63,861 nucleotides of DNA from NCBI RefSeq assembly GCF_030684315.1, contig NC_081369.1:548828-612688 (forward strand), given 5' to 3'. The first letter of the stretch is position 1; every line of letters begins with the position of its first letter. The stretch comes from Stegostoma tigrinum (taxonomy: Eukaryota). A program made the position numbers and the translations under genes. Below, in pieces: positions 1 through 12,174 of this stretch. The notes beneath the pieces are model-generated. The model made no database searches. It saw only the letters and a list, made by a program, of their open reading frames with translations, and was not told where the DNA came from.

Positions 1-240
1 CTCTCACACACTCACACTCACATGCATATATATAGCTGTTTGGAAATGCAAGCCCCGTTGTTCCCACAATTTGTTGCTGCCTCCGGGTGACTGCTGAGCC
101 GTGTGCAGTGCCCATGCCGAGAAAGTAGTTGTGATTGTTCATACAGCTTTTGGGATGTCATGTGACACTGGTTCTTGCTGTATTTGTTGCTCTTGCTGCA
201 GTGCTGCACATGTTTCAGTGACTGTTCTGCCTGCTTCCAG

Positions 241-390
241 CTGCCCACGGGGAATCAACCTTCGACCTTGTGCTGTCAGGCACCGTGCGAAGCTCTGCTA
301 CTGTGCACAGTTTTGAAATCTTTGCTGAAGTCGCTCGAATCCTGAAGCCTGGAGGGAGATTTTACTTCACAGAGCCCATATGTATATCAG
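241..390 (+). CDS. CIAPIN1: Anamorsin (CIAPIN1) internal coding exon, methyltransferase-like domain; upstream exon(s) outside window
   Basis: ttccag| acceptor, |gtgatc donor; reads (S)AHGESTFDLVLSGTVRSSATVHSFEIFAEVARILKPGGRFYFTEPICIS, matching anamorsin SAHKESSFDIILSG...EIARILRPGG; phase 1-1. Confidence 0.93.
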
Positions 391-649
391 GTGATCATCC
401 TGTTTGACCTTGTGCTGGGTGATATCAGATCTGACATCTCTGTAGGTTATTGTGTGTATGCAGGAATTACAGAGGATCTGTGGACAGACTGATTGAGTTA
501 ATGTTTCAGAATGGTACTGGAGAATGTTAGCTGAAACCGAAACGAAGCTAAGAGACAGTAGCTATGTCTAGAGGCAGCAACAAACAATAAAAGATATTTT
601 ACAACCCACTGCTGTCCAGACAAAGTGGTGTTAATGATTATGATTTGAA

Positions 650-1135
650 ACTGTCATGCTTGAGGCTAAGTCCAGAAGACTGAGGTGTCTTACAAATAGG
701 GGGAATACAAACTACTTCTCAACTTGCAACATCCTGCAGCACAGTAATAGTTTGCTGTGAATCACGGAAACTCATGAATGGGCCCACTTTCATTCCTGAA
801 AAGTAACAGTGTCCCTCAAATTACCGCGGAATCTCACAGTATCTCCATTTGAACTGCTTAAACACACAGTTTCCATGTGCCTACAATACAGCTGCTGCAC
901 AAGTAGTATTTCTCACTAACAGGTACTTTAGTCAGTTCTAAAGACGCTGTGTCACATGGCGTGAGAATTTTAGTGGTAGTGCACTGCCAGGTTGTATATC
1001 CCAATGACTGGGATGTGCTATTCCTTTCGTCGTTCGTAATAGACAGTGTAATAGACATATTCAACAGCCAATGCTTGCATAGACCAAAACAAAATGTGAT
1101 TCTGCAATTGGCCAGTGTTTGCTGAATATTTTCAA
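650..1135 (+). mobile_element. Highly decayed Penelope-like fragment
   Basis: CDSAIGQCLLN near 1096 resembles the SAIGQHL motif following Penelope GIY-YIG. Confidence 0.4.
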
Positions 1136-1144
1136 GTTTGCTAA

Positions 1145-1650
1145 TGGTATTTAAAGTTTTCCTCCCTCACCTTAACCTGTGCGCTCTAATTTTGGACACC
1201 CCGACCCCAGGGAAAAGACCTTGGCTATACACCCAATCTGTGTCCTGTATGATTTTATAAACTTCAATGCTCTGTGGAAAATAACCCCAGCCTATTCAGC
1301 CTCTCGTGCTAACTCAAACTCTTCCGCCCCTAGGAACATCCTTGTAAATCTTTTCTGACCCATTCCAGTTTCACAACATCCATCCTGTAGCAGGGAGACC
1401 AGAATTGCATGCAGTATTCCAGATGTGGCGCATACAACATGACCTCCCAATTATTATACTCAATGCACTCACTAATAAACGCAAGCATATCAAACATCCT
1501 GCCTTTACTACCCATGACACCAACTTCAAGCAACCCGGAACCTGCATTCCGAGGTCTCTTTGTTCAGCAACACTCCCCAGGACCTTACCTTTAAGTGTGT
1601 ACCTCTTGCCCTGATTTGCCTTTCCAAAATGCAGCACCTCACATTTTTCT
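1145..1650 (-). mobile_element. CR1-type LINE 3' fragment
   Basis: ORFs LHFGKANQG...QRDLG and PHLEYCMQFWSP, typical CR1 ORF2 C-terminus. Confidence 0.85.
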
Positions 1651-1756
1651 AATATAGCTCTAGAATAGAGAGTCGTGTTTATAAGTGCATCAGAATAAAA
1701 GAGAAATTAACCAAGGCTAAATCAGGGTTACTGGGCACATACAGTATTGTACATTA

Positions 1757-2035
1757 GGCCGGCATGGTAGCTCAGTGGTTAGCACTGCTACTTCACAGTG
1801 CCAGGGTCCCGGTTCAATTCCAGCCTCGGGCAACTGTCTGTGTGGAACTTGCACATTCTCCCTGTGTCAGCTCCAGCTTCCACCCACAGTCTAAAGATGT
1901 GCAGGCTAGGTGGATTGGCCATGCCAGTGTTCAGGGATGTGTAGATTAGGTGGGTTAAGGGGGATGGGTCTGCATGGGATGCTCTGAGATTCAATATGGA
2001 TTTGTTGGCCCGAAGGGATGCTATTCAATGATCTA
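1757..2035 (+). mobile_element. HE1-like tRNA-derived SINE
   Basis: ggcatggtagctcagtggttagcactg (A box) ... ggttcaattcc (B box) plus tgtgtggaacttgcacattctcc core. Confidence 0.9.
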
Positions 2036-2089
2036 TGATCTACATAAGACTGGGGAGTCAGAAGCACAGATTGCCATGTGTAAAATTGC

Positions 2090-2900
2090 TATTGTGAAGA
2101 TAAGAAACCTAGCTCAAGGAAGATCTGAGCTGGGTGTTAAATTTCCTGAATACCGGGTGCTCGGGAAGGATAGGAAGTGAGTAGGCATGACTGTCATGTT
2201 TCAGAAGAGTACTGGACAAGGAGGATGCCTTAGCAAGACCATTGACAGAATTAATTTGGCCAGAGCTAATCAATAAAAAAGGTACAGTTACTTTGCTTGG
2301 TGTAGTTTGCAAGTCACCAACTATCAGAAAAGGCATAGGCGAACACGTTTTCAGACTTACTTTCTTGAATGTAGATGGAGGTAGCATTTGTGCAAAGGCA
2401 AAGAGGGCAAGAGTTTTTAGACACGATTCTTTCCAACGAAGTGGTCCATTTAGATCAAGCTTAAATGACAGTGCGTGAAAGTTTAGGGAATACTGATCAT
2501 TTAACAAAAAGTTCGGAGTAACTGGAAAAAAAACAAAGAACAATCCAGAGCAAGAATACTAACTGGGAACAGCTGACTTTAGTGGGGTAAGAATGAACCT
2601 TGAATAAATTAGAATCTTAGATTTGCAGGCAAAACAGTAAATGAGTAATGGACTCCCTCTGAAGAAGATGAGTTGGAACAGGGTCAGGGTCAAGGTCTAT
2701 TCCTAAATCCACAGCTACCATGATAAAGAAACAAACTAACTAAGATGAAGAAGAAAACAATTGCTTATGACACCAGACAAATACAATGAGGACCAGGATG
2801 ATTATGAAATGTTCAGACATGATGTGTAAAGGCAAATAAGAGAAACAAAAGAGAATATGTGAAGGGGCTTGCAGCTAACATAAAAGGTGACAGACACTTT
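2090..2900 (+). mobile_element. Decayed CR1 endonuclease region
   Basis: PEYRVLGKDR and IWPELINKKGTVTLLGV motifs. Confidence 0.65.
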
Positions 2901-4094
2901 CAGAGAGACCTTCAATCAGCCTGAAAACTCAGTCTCTATTTAGCCTCAGTGTAGGGACAATCACGTAGCAAGTATAGTACAAGAGACTGAAAGAAATACT
3001 TGTAAATCACTTTCTTCTGAGAGGTGAGTTTGGGGCCTTTGATAGTGAGGAAGGAGGAAGTGAAAGGGCAACTAGTAAAACACATGGGAAAGCACTGAGT
3101 CGAAAAAAGGACAGGATGCTTAAAGTAGCTGACAAGTGAGTTCATTCAGAATGATAACGGGCGGTGGGAGGGTGGGGACAAGATGTGTTTGGTGGTCACA
3201 TCCTACTGAGGATTGTGGAAACTATGAAACCTGATTCTTTGATATAAAGTCTTACATAGAGGAATTTAAGGACAAGGGAGGAGACCTGTCATGAGAGGAA
3301 GTGGGCTTAACCAGAGGTGTGGGAAATGGGATGAATATCGTTGAGGTCCCTGTCATTTGAGAAAAGAGGAAGATGTGTCAGCAGCACAAATATTTTGAGC
3401 TGAGGTTTGTTTGACTGATCCCCGATGCCTTGGTTGTCTCCTGAGTGTCTGTTGTCACTTGTGGTGCACCTCACAGAGTCTCTGATAGAAAGGAAAGTGA
3501 GGAACCTCTGATGCCATCCCTTCGTACTCACTCCTAATGTACCAACACATTGGTATCAGTGTGGGCCCCAGAACTCATTCACTGTGTGCTTGAAACCCAG
3601 TAAGGTGCAGTGAACTCAGCTCATACAGCTGGCATGTGCTCATTGTCTGAACTTGGTCGCATTGGTTACTTGGTCTGGTACTTCCTCATACCAGATGGTG
3701 AGGCAATGCCCATTGTCCGCTGTCATTGCCCAATCTGAGGCAATCAAAGGTCCAGTTGGAGAATTCACTGAGATTTGTCTCCAATGTGACTTTCAGTCCC
3801 TTCTCTCCTAAAGCTGGTGATATCCGAGCACATTGAAGGGCTGGTTGGCTGCAGGGGAAACTTCACAGTCTGCTCCTGTCTTTACTGAATCTCCAAATAT
3901 ATCCCAGTCTCTGGGTTCTGCTGGGTGGCAGATGGGCCTGAAGTGGACACATTGGGGCATTGAGCATGATACCCTTCGACAGGTAACAGTCATCCCCCTC
4001 GGCCTCTGTGTTTCACTGCCCAGTGTAACAAAATGGTCAATCTACCTTGGTTGGGTACTGGAGACAGTGATGTTAGCACAGAGCAGGGTCATGA

Positions 4095-4735
4095 GGGAAG
4101 GTGATGGCCTAATAGTATTATCACTAGATTTTTAACCCATAGACCCAGGTAATATTCTGGGGAACTGGGTTCAAATTTTACCATAATCCTTAAAGAATCT
4201 AATCATTCATAGAACCCCTACAGTGTGGAAACAGGCCTTTTGGCCCAACAGGTCCATACTGACCTTCAGAACATGGCACCCAGACCCTTCCCCCTATAAC
4301 CCACCTAATCTATGCATCACTGGACACCAAGGGCAATTTAGCTTGGCAATACACCTCGCCTGCACATCTTTGGACTGTGGCAGGAAACCGGAGCAAAGAT
4401 ATGCAGACACAGGGAGAATGTGCAGACTCCACATTGACAGTCCCTCGAGGGTGGAATCGAACCCAGGTCCCTGGCGCTGTGAGGCAGCATTGCTAACCAC
4501 TGAGCCACCGTACCACCCAAATCTAATGACGATGAAACTGTTGTCACTTGTCAGAAAAACCTATCTGTTTACTAATGTCCTTTAGGGAAGGATATCTACA
4601 ATTCTTACCCGGCCTGGCCTGCATGTGATTCCAGACCTCACAGTAATGTGGTTGAATCTCAACTGTTTTCTGGGCAAAATTAGGGATGTGTTATAAATAT
4701 TGGCCAGTGATGTCCATGTCCCATGAATGAATAGT
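4095..4735 (+). mobile_element. Second SINE family copy interrupted by an HE1-like SINE (4203-4520, - strand)
   Basis: Outer part matches 57770-58122; inner part is the reverse complement of the HE1-like consensus. Confidence 0.75.
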
Positions 4736-4782
4736 GGAAAAAAAAATGCTCTTGATCTACTGTTCCCTTGTGTCTGCCTTAG

Positions 4783-4856
4783 GTAACTCCAAATTGAAGA
4801 CTGGCTCACAGCTCACCTCCAGCCTAAAGCTTGCAGGCTTTACAGAGATCACTGAG
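4783..4856 (+). CDS. CIAPIN1: CIAPIN1 coding exon
   Basis: ccttag|...|gtaaat; GNSKLKTGSQLTSSLKLAGFTEITE (cf. [24 protein letters not shown]); phase 1-0 fits neighbours. Confidence 0.93.
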
Positions 4857-5129
4857 GTAAATAAGTCCACTTCATCTGCCACTACAAATCACCCCAGTCA
4901 GAGGGTGACAGCGACAGCGGAGAGAGCAAGCAGGCCATGTTTGCATTAGACGGATTGGGATTGTGGGGTCGAAAAGCACCCCTGAGGTGGGTGGGGGAAG
5001 AGGGCTGGAGCAGAGAGGGAGGGTGCCAGAAATGGATGAGGAGAAGCCCTGGGGTTATGGTGCTTGGTGGGGAGGTAGGGGAAGAGACGTGGAAAGCTGG
5101 GCTATCAGGGAAGGAAACCCTGACAAATG

Positions 5130-5335
5130 GAGAAACTGGGCAGGTCTGGCAGCATCTGTGGAGAGAGAAACAGAGTTAACATTTTTGGGTCCAATATGAC
5201 CTTTCTCCAGATCAAGGAAGAAGAGTCACTCAAAATATTAACTCCCTATCTGTTCCACAGATGTTGCCAGATTTGCTGAGTTTCTCTGGCATTCTGTGTT
5301 CGTTTCAGACTTCCAGCGTTCGCAGTATTTAGTTA
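5130..5335. mobile_element. Penelope-type inverted terminal remnant
   Basis: Imperfect palindrome ctggcagcatctgtgga...gagttaac / ttaactc...tccacagatgttgccag. Confidence 0.65.
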
Positions 5336-5815
5336 TTGGGGGAATCCCAACTCGGGACTGGCTGCAGACAACTTAGTTTCCAATAACACTAAAGGCTCAG
5401 GCTATTCCTGGTGTTGGACCCAGTGCCATTGGCATCTCAGGCCAGTACGGCCTCATGGCAGAATATGTGGAGAGATGGGGCCCAAGCCTGGGCACATTAC
5501 AGCCCCTGTATTCAACATTCAGCTGCAGGGTCTTCGAGACAAAGCTGCTTGACCTTTGAGATTATCCAAGTGTTCTTGTTCTTCTTTTCGCCTTCACCTG
5601 TAGCAGGGGCACATGTTGTGCAAGGCCACAGACTTGTTGCATTTCTTGGACACCCCCTTTTACCCTTGCAGCAACTCACACCTTACCCAGCTGGCCACTG
5701 TGTTGAGGGTGGATGAAGGCCACGTACGATACTGGGCTACCTCTGCTTCATGTCAGGTTTATTCATTTGGGTGGTAGTGGCAATAACAGAATCCTTGAAT
5801 TCTGCTTCTTCACAG

Positions 5816-5987
5816 ATACAGTCTGACCCGTTAACAGATGAAGAGCTGAATTCTATAAAACAATTTGTTGACTACAAGGGTAATGATTTGACTAAGGTGA
5901 TGTTGAGGGCGAAGAAGCCAGACTTTGAAATTGGGTCATCTGCTCGACTGAAACTGTCGTTTGTCTCGAAATCGAAAGCGGTGGATG
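5816..5987 (+). CDS. CIAPIN1: CIAPIN1 coding exon
   Basis: tcacag|...|gtaagc; IQSDPLTDEELNSIK...AKKPDFEIGSSARLKLSF (conserved KKPxFExGSS); phase 0-1. Confidence 0.95.
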
Positions 5988-6314
5988 GTAAGCATTGCTG
6001 TACTACCTGGGGACAACTTTCGCTAGAGTGTGGTTATTTGCTGTTCTGTGCTGTGGTGGAGGCAGTTAGATATAGCCTGGTCATTGATGCACATATCACT
6101 GGAATTAAATAAAAACACATTTTCTTTTTCTTGTCCGTCTAGCTGCTGACATGGACGGTCCAGCACCACTCCACCTTCCCCAGCAGGACCTGCTGCTGCA
6201 CTCAGTATCTCACCATACATTGTGCAGCACAGCAGAAAATATTACCAATGCTTTCAAAAACACAAAGAGCTCAACAGTTTTAAATGCAGACAACCACCAC
6301 CTAACACTCTCAGG

Positions 6315-6940
6315 ACTTGTACAGCATAGGGTTTGGATGTAGAGTAAAGCTGCCTTTGCACTGTACCCATCAAACACTTCCAGGGCAGAGATAGTACAGG
6401 CTTAGGTACAGAGTAAAGCTACCTTTGCTGTCTTAAACTGAAGGTAAACGAGCCAGTACACTGCCCCATCAAACACTCCAATGATCAGTACAATAGTTAG
6501 ATGCAGGATAAAATGTCCTGTACTACTTTAAACTGACAGGAAAGCTTCCAACACCTTTGGAACTGAAAATAATGCTCCTTTTACATTGTTCCTAGCAAAC
6601 GCAGGTATTGTATGGGATTAGATACCGAGTAAAGTTCCTCCTGCTGTTTTAAACTGAAAGAATAGAGCCGAGCTCCATCTTCTCTTTTAGCCTGAAAGTA
6701 AAAAGCTTTTACTTGTTTAAATTGAAAGTAAAGCTCAATCGACACTGTCCCCATCAAACATTCCCCAGACAGTATCAGCAAGGAGTTACATATTTCCTTT
6801 CTTTTATGCTTCTCTATTTTTTTAAGCTGAAAGTAAAGCTGCCTTTTACGCTATCCACCTCAAACACTCCCAGTACAGGGGCATTAGTGGTTTAGATACA
6901 GAATAAAGCTGCCTCTAGAGTGTCTTCATTAAGCACTCCA
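6315..6940 (+). repeat. Degenerate minisatellite-like repeat
   Basis: Recurring agagtaaagct...cactgtccccatcaaacactccc...ttagatac units; an inverted copy lies at ~13920-13970. Confidence 0.75.
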
Positions 6941-7301
6941 CTCTCTCACGTCTGTCTGAGATACCAAACACTCCTTCCGTGTTGCGCTGATTTACTTGTG
7001 TGTTGTTCAATCTAGATTCCCGTGTTCACAACATTCCTTCCACTACACCGGGGAGAATAATCGCAGACTGGGTGGCTGTTATCGGAGACCTCCACCCAGT
7101 CTGTGGATCACCCTGACCTTCCAGTCGCCTGTGAATGTAATTCTCCAGTTTGCTCCCACATATATGATTGTGGTCAGCTGCACAGTTCCTGGGAAGCACA
7201 ACGTCATCCCCAGGAACAACACCTGATTGCATCTCTTGAGCTCAACTTTGAGTTCAACAACTTCAGACAGTAATCTCTGCCCCACTGCAGGTTAGCTACC
7301 T

Positions 7302-7512
7302 TAGATAACAAAGTGTGGAGCTGGATGAACACAGCAGGCCAAGCAGCATCTTAGGAGCACAAAAGCTGACGTTTCAGGCCTAGACCCTTCATCAGCCCGA
7401 AACGTCAGCTTTTGTGCTCCTAAGATGCTGCTTGGCCTGCTGTGTTCATCCAGCTCCACACTTTGTTATCTCGGATTCTCCTGCATCTGCAGTTCCCATT
7501 ATCTCTGATACA
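7302..7512. mobile_element. Palindromic Penelope terminal-repeat insertion with 13-bp TSD
   Basis: Near-perfect ~75-bp inverted arms; TSD AGGTTAGCT(A/G)CCT at 7289-7301 and 7513-7525. Confidence 0.85.
7366..7395 (-). ncRNA. Minimal hammerhead ribozyme core (Penelope-associated)
   Basis: CUGAUGA-AGGGUCUAGGCCU-GAAAC-GUC on the - strand. Confidence 0.65.
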
Positions 7513-8020
7513 AGGTTAGCTGCCTGGTTGTGTTGCAGCTTTCAGTCTTAATCCTGTTTTCTCATTTTGCTGTTAGACTGTCATTCTGCCATTCACACTT
7601 CCTCTGGGTAGAAGCTTTTATTTCTTTAGTTGTTCCTTTTGCCACTCACTTGAGCTCAGTCCTATCAGCGCTTTAGTCGGCCAGTCTCTGCTATCTCCCT
7701 GCTACCTCAGAACCTCTCTTTTCCATGTTCCCTGTTTCACCAGCATTAAAGCTAAGACATCTCTAACTTAGTGTTGACGAAGGCTCCCAACCTGAAAGGT
7801 TAACTCTGTTTCTATCTTTATCGATGCTGTTAGATTTGCTGAGTATTTTCAGCATTTTACTGTATAGGGTTGGCTCTGTACTGGGTTTGTGCAGCTTGAA
7901 TGTGTAGAAGTTGGTACTGTGACTGTCTACTGCTGCTGGGTCACTGCAGTTGGCCACCAGCTGGCAATGGGTGAGCCATGACTGTGTGTTTAGGTTCATA
8001 CTGGAAATTTGATGTTACAG

Positions 8021-8094
8021 AGAAACCGCAGCTGGACCCCAACACGAAGAAAGCTTGGACCCTGTCAGCCATTGATATGAATGACGACGATGTG
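8021..8094 (+). CDS. CIAPIN1: CIAPIN1 coding exon
   Basis: ttacag|...|gtgaga; EKPQLDPNTKKAWTLSAIDMNDDDV (cf. KLWTLSANDMEDD); phase 1-0. Confidence 0.95.
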
Positions 8095-8341
8095 GTGAGA
8101 TTACCTCTTCTAAACCCCACCTGTTATCCTGTGCTTGAGCTTTTCCGGGGGAGCAGGAATGCCTGGTCCAAACTCCTATCCCTTGAGGCCAAAGTACAGG
8201 GGCCTAAAAATGGTGACGCCCCTCGCTAACCTTTATGGCAGCTATCAGTGCTGTGCCCTCCCCAGTGGCAGGCCACAGCTTGTTCTAAAGCATTCAGTTG
8301 AGCTTGTGGCAATCACCCTCCCCCTCAAGCTAGGAACAGTC

Positions 8342-8430
8342 AGGAATGCCCTGACGTCAGCACTGGCCCAGGAAAGCCCTGACGTCAGCACTCGCCCAGG
8401 AAGGCCCTGACGTCAGCACTGGCCCAGGAA
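8342..8430 (+). repeat. 28-bp tandem repeat x3, each unit with a perfect CRE palindrome
   Basis: aggaa(t/a/g)gccctgacgtcagcact(g/c)gccc; TGACGTCA at 8352, 8380, 8408. Confidence 0.9.
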
Positions 8431-9269
8431 CGCTCAATCTTCTGATTCAGAGGGAAGAGACTTCTGAGTCAATCCGAGCTCAATATCTTTCCTTAGAGAA
8501 GACGCCCAGAGCTGTCCACTGTATTCCAACTGTGATCAGATTTATGCTTTGTATAGTTTCAGCAAAACCTTCCTCCATTCCCTTTATAATAACTAGAGCT
8601 GTGTTTAAATAATTTGGAGTCTATTTGCATAGAGAGCATGGAGAAGCTGGAATTGTTCCTGGAGCAGAGGAAGTTTAATAATACTGCTTCCTGTGACCAC
8701 AGGTATTGATAGAGCAAATGAGAAGGTTGTTTGAACTGGCAGGAGGTTTGGGAACCAAATGAGAGATTTTTAGGATAAATGGCAGACAACCATGGGTGAG
8801 GGTGAGAACAGATTGAATTCCCTTTTGCAAGCTGTGATTCAATAAATAAGAAAATCTTCCATCCTATCCTGTCTGGCATACACCTGCATGGGTTTGAATC
8901 AACCAATTAGTTCTTCAGCATCAAAATGCATTGCAACAGCTCACAGCGGCTAAGAAATGCCCCTCCTACCAGTACTGCCCAAACCTTGATAAGAAAGAAA
9001 TAATCCCACAGTTACTTGCACAAAATGTGGTGTACACTAGGATCATGGCAGAGCTGCAGGGGAAGGAAGGGAGCTGTTTACCTGGGCTACCACCAGACCC
9101 AAAAAACTTGTCATGAAGAGTATCTTTCATAACCAAACAGTGAACATTTGAAGTATCAGAGGGGCTGGAAATACTGTTCTTGGTTCTAATTCATTGAGAA
9201 AGGAAGATTATACTTTGGGAGTATTGTCCACAGACTGTTACACGTACAGCTAGGAATATAGAATTGTAG

Positions 9270-10320
9270 CAATAATAGTAAAATGGACTATTATTTGAAT
9301 GGTGAAAAATTGCAGGCATGCTGCTGTTCAGAGAGACCTGAGTGTCAAAAGAACAAAGAAACTTAGAGCAGAGGAACAGCCCCTTCGGCCCTCCAAGCCT
9401 GCACTGATCCAGATCCTCTATCTAAATCTGTCACCTATTTTCCAAGGATCTGGATCCCTCTGCTCCCTGCCCATTCATGTATCTGTCTAGATACATCTTA
9501 AATGATGCTATTGTGCCTGCCCCTACCACCTCTGCTGGCAACGTGTTTGAGGCACCCACCACCCTCTGCGTAAAGAGCTTTCCATGCATTTCTCCCTTAA
9601 ACTTTTCTCCTCAAGTGTCCTCGTGCATGAATCACACAAAAGTCAGTTTGCGGGTGCAGCAAGTAATTAAGGCTGCAAATAGAGTATTGTCCTTCATTGC
9701 TAGACTGATGGAGGTTAAAAGCAGGGAGGTTATGCTGCAGCTGTGTAGTGTGCTAGTGAGGTCACACCTGGAGTACTGTGTACAGTTTTGGTCTCCTTAC
9801 TTGAGAAAGGATGAACTGGCACTGGAGGGGGTGCTGAGGTGGTTTACTAGGATGATTCCAGAATTGAGAGAGTTGGCCTATGAAGAGAGATTGAGTAGAC
9901 TGGGACTATACTCATTGAAATTTAGAAGAATAGGTGGGGTGGGGGAGTCTTATAGAAACACAAAATTTTGAAGGGAGTAGATGGGTAGAAGCAGGGAGGT
10001 TGTTTCCAACTGCGGGTGAAACTAGAACTAGGGGGCGTAGCCTCAAAATAAAGGGGTGCAGATTTCGCACTGATTTGAGGAGGAACTTCTTGACCCAAAA
10101 GGTTGCGAATCTGAAGAATTCCTTGCCCAGTGAAGCAGTTGAGGCTACCGCATTGAAAGTTTTTAAGGCAAAGATACGTTTTTGAACAGTAAAAGAATAA
10201 GGGTAACAGTGAGTAGGCAGGTAAGTAGAGTTGAGTACATGAAGAGATCAGCCCTGATCCTTATTGAATGGTGGAGCAGACTCAATGGGCCAGATGGCCT
10301 ATTCTTGCCCCTATTTCTTA
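9270..10320 (+). mobile_element. CR1 3' fragment with a nested inverted CR1 tail (~9346-9613)
   Basis: VRSHLEYCVQFWSPYLRKD ORF; nested piece flanked by agtgtc duplication. Confidence 0.85.
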
Positions 10321-10408
10321 TGTATAGGTAAACACTCTGCCTGTGGCACACATAGCCTGCACAATAGGCAGAGCCACAATTGAGCCATCTCTCCCTGCCT
10401 TTCCTTAG

Positions 10409-10527
10409 GATCTTATTGATTCTGATGAACTGCTGGATGAAGATGATTTGAAGAAACCGGATCCCGCCTCGCTGAGAGCTATGGACTGTGGAGACGGCAA
10501 GAAAAAGAAACGGGCCTGTAAGAACTG
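10409..10527 (+). CDS. CIAPIN1: CIAPIN1 coding exon, start of first Fe-S cysteine motif
   Basis: ccttag|...|gtcagt; [39 protein letters not shown](C); phase 0-2. Confidence 0.96.
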
Positions 10528-10648
10528 GTCAGTGTCTCTCACTCCATCAGGTTACAGTAAGAATTGGTCAGTGTCTCACACTGCGTCAGGTTACACTAAG
10601 AACTGCACAGTGTCTCACTTTGACCAGTTCTTCCCAGTGTAACCTGAC
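10519..10648 (+). repeat. 39-bp tandem repeat over the CIAPIN1 splice donor plus an inverted partial copy
   Basis: Units at 10519-10557, 10558-10596 and partial 10597-10618; antisense copy tgaccagttcttcccagtgtaacctgac at 10621-10648. Confidence 0.85.
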
Positions 10649-11083
10649 AATGTCACACACTCCGTCACATTTACACAAGGAAAAACAGTCAGAACTTTGC
10701 AACTTCTCAGGTTAAACTAATAAAAACGGATCCTTATCTCACAGCCCCATCGGAATGAGATCAGGGCATTTGAATGATTCTGCAGCTGTATAAAGGCATG
10801 TTGACTGTGATCATGGATGTATGTAAAGGCACGTTGCATGTAGTTACTGTAGTGTATACTGAAGACCATATTAGGCGTGGTCATAGTGTTGTATAATGTT
10901 GAGTGTGTTTCTGGAGGCATATCAGGGCATGTAGTGTGTTGTTTTCGAGGTATCTCTGTGCATGTTGACAGTGATTCTGGAGGCTTCTTAGGGCATGTTG
11001 AGTGAGGTTACTGATGTATGTTCGACATTTTAACTCTTTTGGTGAGCCTGTTTGAAATGTAGCTGACCATCCCTGTGTTTCAG

Positions 11084-11165
11084 TACATGTGGCCTGGCTG
11101 AAGAACTGGACGGGAAAGGATCCACAGATGTTAAGAAACTGCAGGTGAAATCATCGTGTGGAAGT
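11084..11165 (+). CDS. CIAPIN1: CIAPIN1 coding exon
   Basis: tttcag|...|gtaagt; (C)TCGLAEELDGKGSTDVKKLQVKSSCGS; phase 2-0. Confidence 0.96.
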
Positions 11166-11955
11166 GTAAGTATTAACATGTTGGCAGGAACCTGAACAGA
11201 GCAGCAGCCATCCTGTTAATGTGAAGAGGTTGCCTGAGATCTATTTAAAATGTTGCCAGTGCTTTTTCATCTAACACACTGTCTGAGTTTATCTGGGGAT
11301 CACTGATTCTGCCTCACAGTTGAAAGTATTCCCGAGATACTGCTTATCTATTTGGAACATGCTTGTGCTTCAGTTACCAAGGAAAAACTGCTGAAAGCCA
11401 CATTTGAACTAATAATCTTCACAGTGAGTGGGGCTATGTATTCATCAGCACAATTTTGGCAGTATAGTCACAGGCTTGTCTTTGGTTGGACTCAAAAGCT
11501 TCCTAGCGTTAAGCCCTCACTATGTCTATTTTATTGAGCTCTGCAGCCATGCTCTGTTTATATTCTGATAGTAAAAATAAGGCCCCAGGATGTGAACTGT
11601 GTGTTGACTACACGGTTTACCCCTGTATAGCTAATGAGGGAGTAGTCAACATTATTGATAATAAGACAAGTACATACAAAATAACATTGGAAGAAATATG
11701 TTCATGGAATGTGGGCATTGCTGGTTGGGCCAACATTTCTTGCCCTTCCCTAATTTCCCACAGATAAGGCTTGCTGATGTCTATTTCACATTCCCCTCTC
11801 GCTCTCGCTCCCTCATGTTCACTCTGTTGCGCTCAGGGCCTTCGTTCTCTCTCTCGTGTTCACTCTCATGCTGGCACTTTCGCACGCGCACTGTCTTGTG
11901 CACTCTCTTCCGCTGTCACACTCTTGTGTGTGCTCTCATTGTCACTCTCACTCTC

Positions 11956-12089
11956 NNNNNNNNNNNNNNNNNNNNNNNNNNNNNNNNNNNNNNNNNNNNN
12001 NNNNNNNNNNNNNNNNNNNNNNNNNNNNNNNNNNNNNNNNNNNNNNNNNNNNNNNNNNNNNNNNNNNNNNNNNNNNNNNNNNNNNNNNN
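11956..12089. other. Assembly gap (134 N) within CT-rich low-complexity intron sequence
   Basis: Run of N flanked by ctctc repeats. Confidence 0.99.
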
Positions 12090-12174
12090 CTCTCGCTCCC
12101 TCTTTCCCGTGCCCCCACTCCCAGTCAGTGTATTCCCTTGGTGCTGTTAAGTTTGTTGTTTGTCTTGCCTTTTG

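Larger units (their letters stand above)
6960..7860 (+). mobile_element. Decayed Penelope GIY-YIG/3' end remnant containing a younger palindromic insertion
   Basis: CSQHSFHYTGENNRRLG resembles CCGFLYIGETKQRLG at ~46700; terminal repeat near 7770-7860. Confidence 0.6.

Noticed and set aside
1757-1830. tRNA genes here and at similar sites
   Set aside because: They are tRNA-derived SINE heads followed by the SINE body.
8342-8430. 28-bp direct repeats as a CRISPR array
   Set aside because: Units are contiguous with no spacers, in a spliced vertebrate gene with no cas genes.
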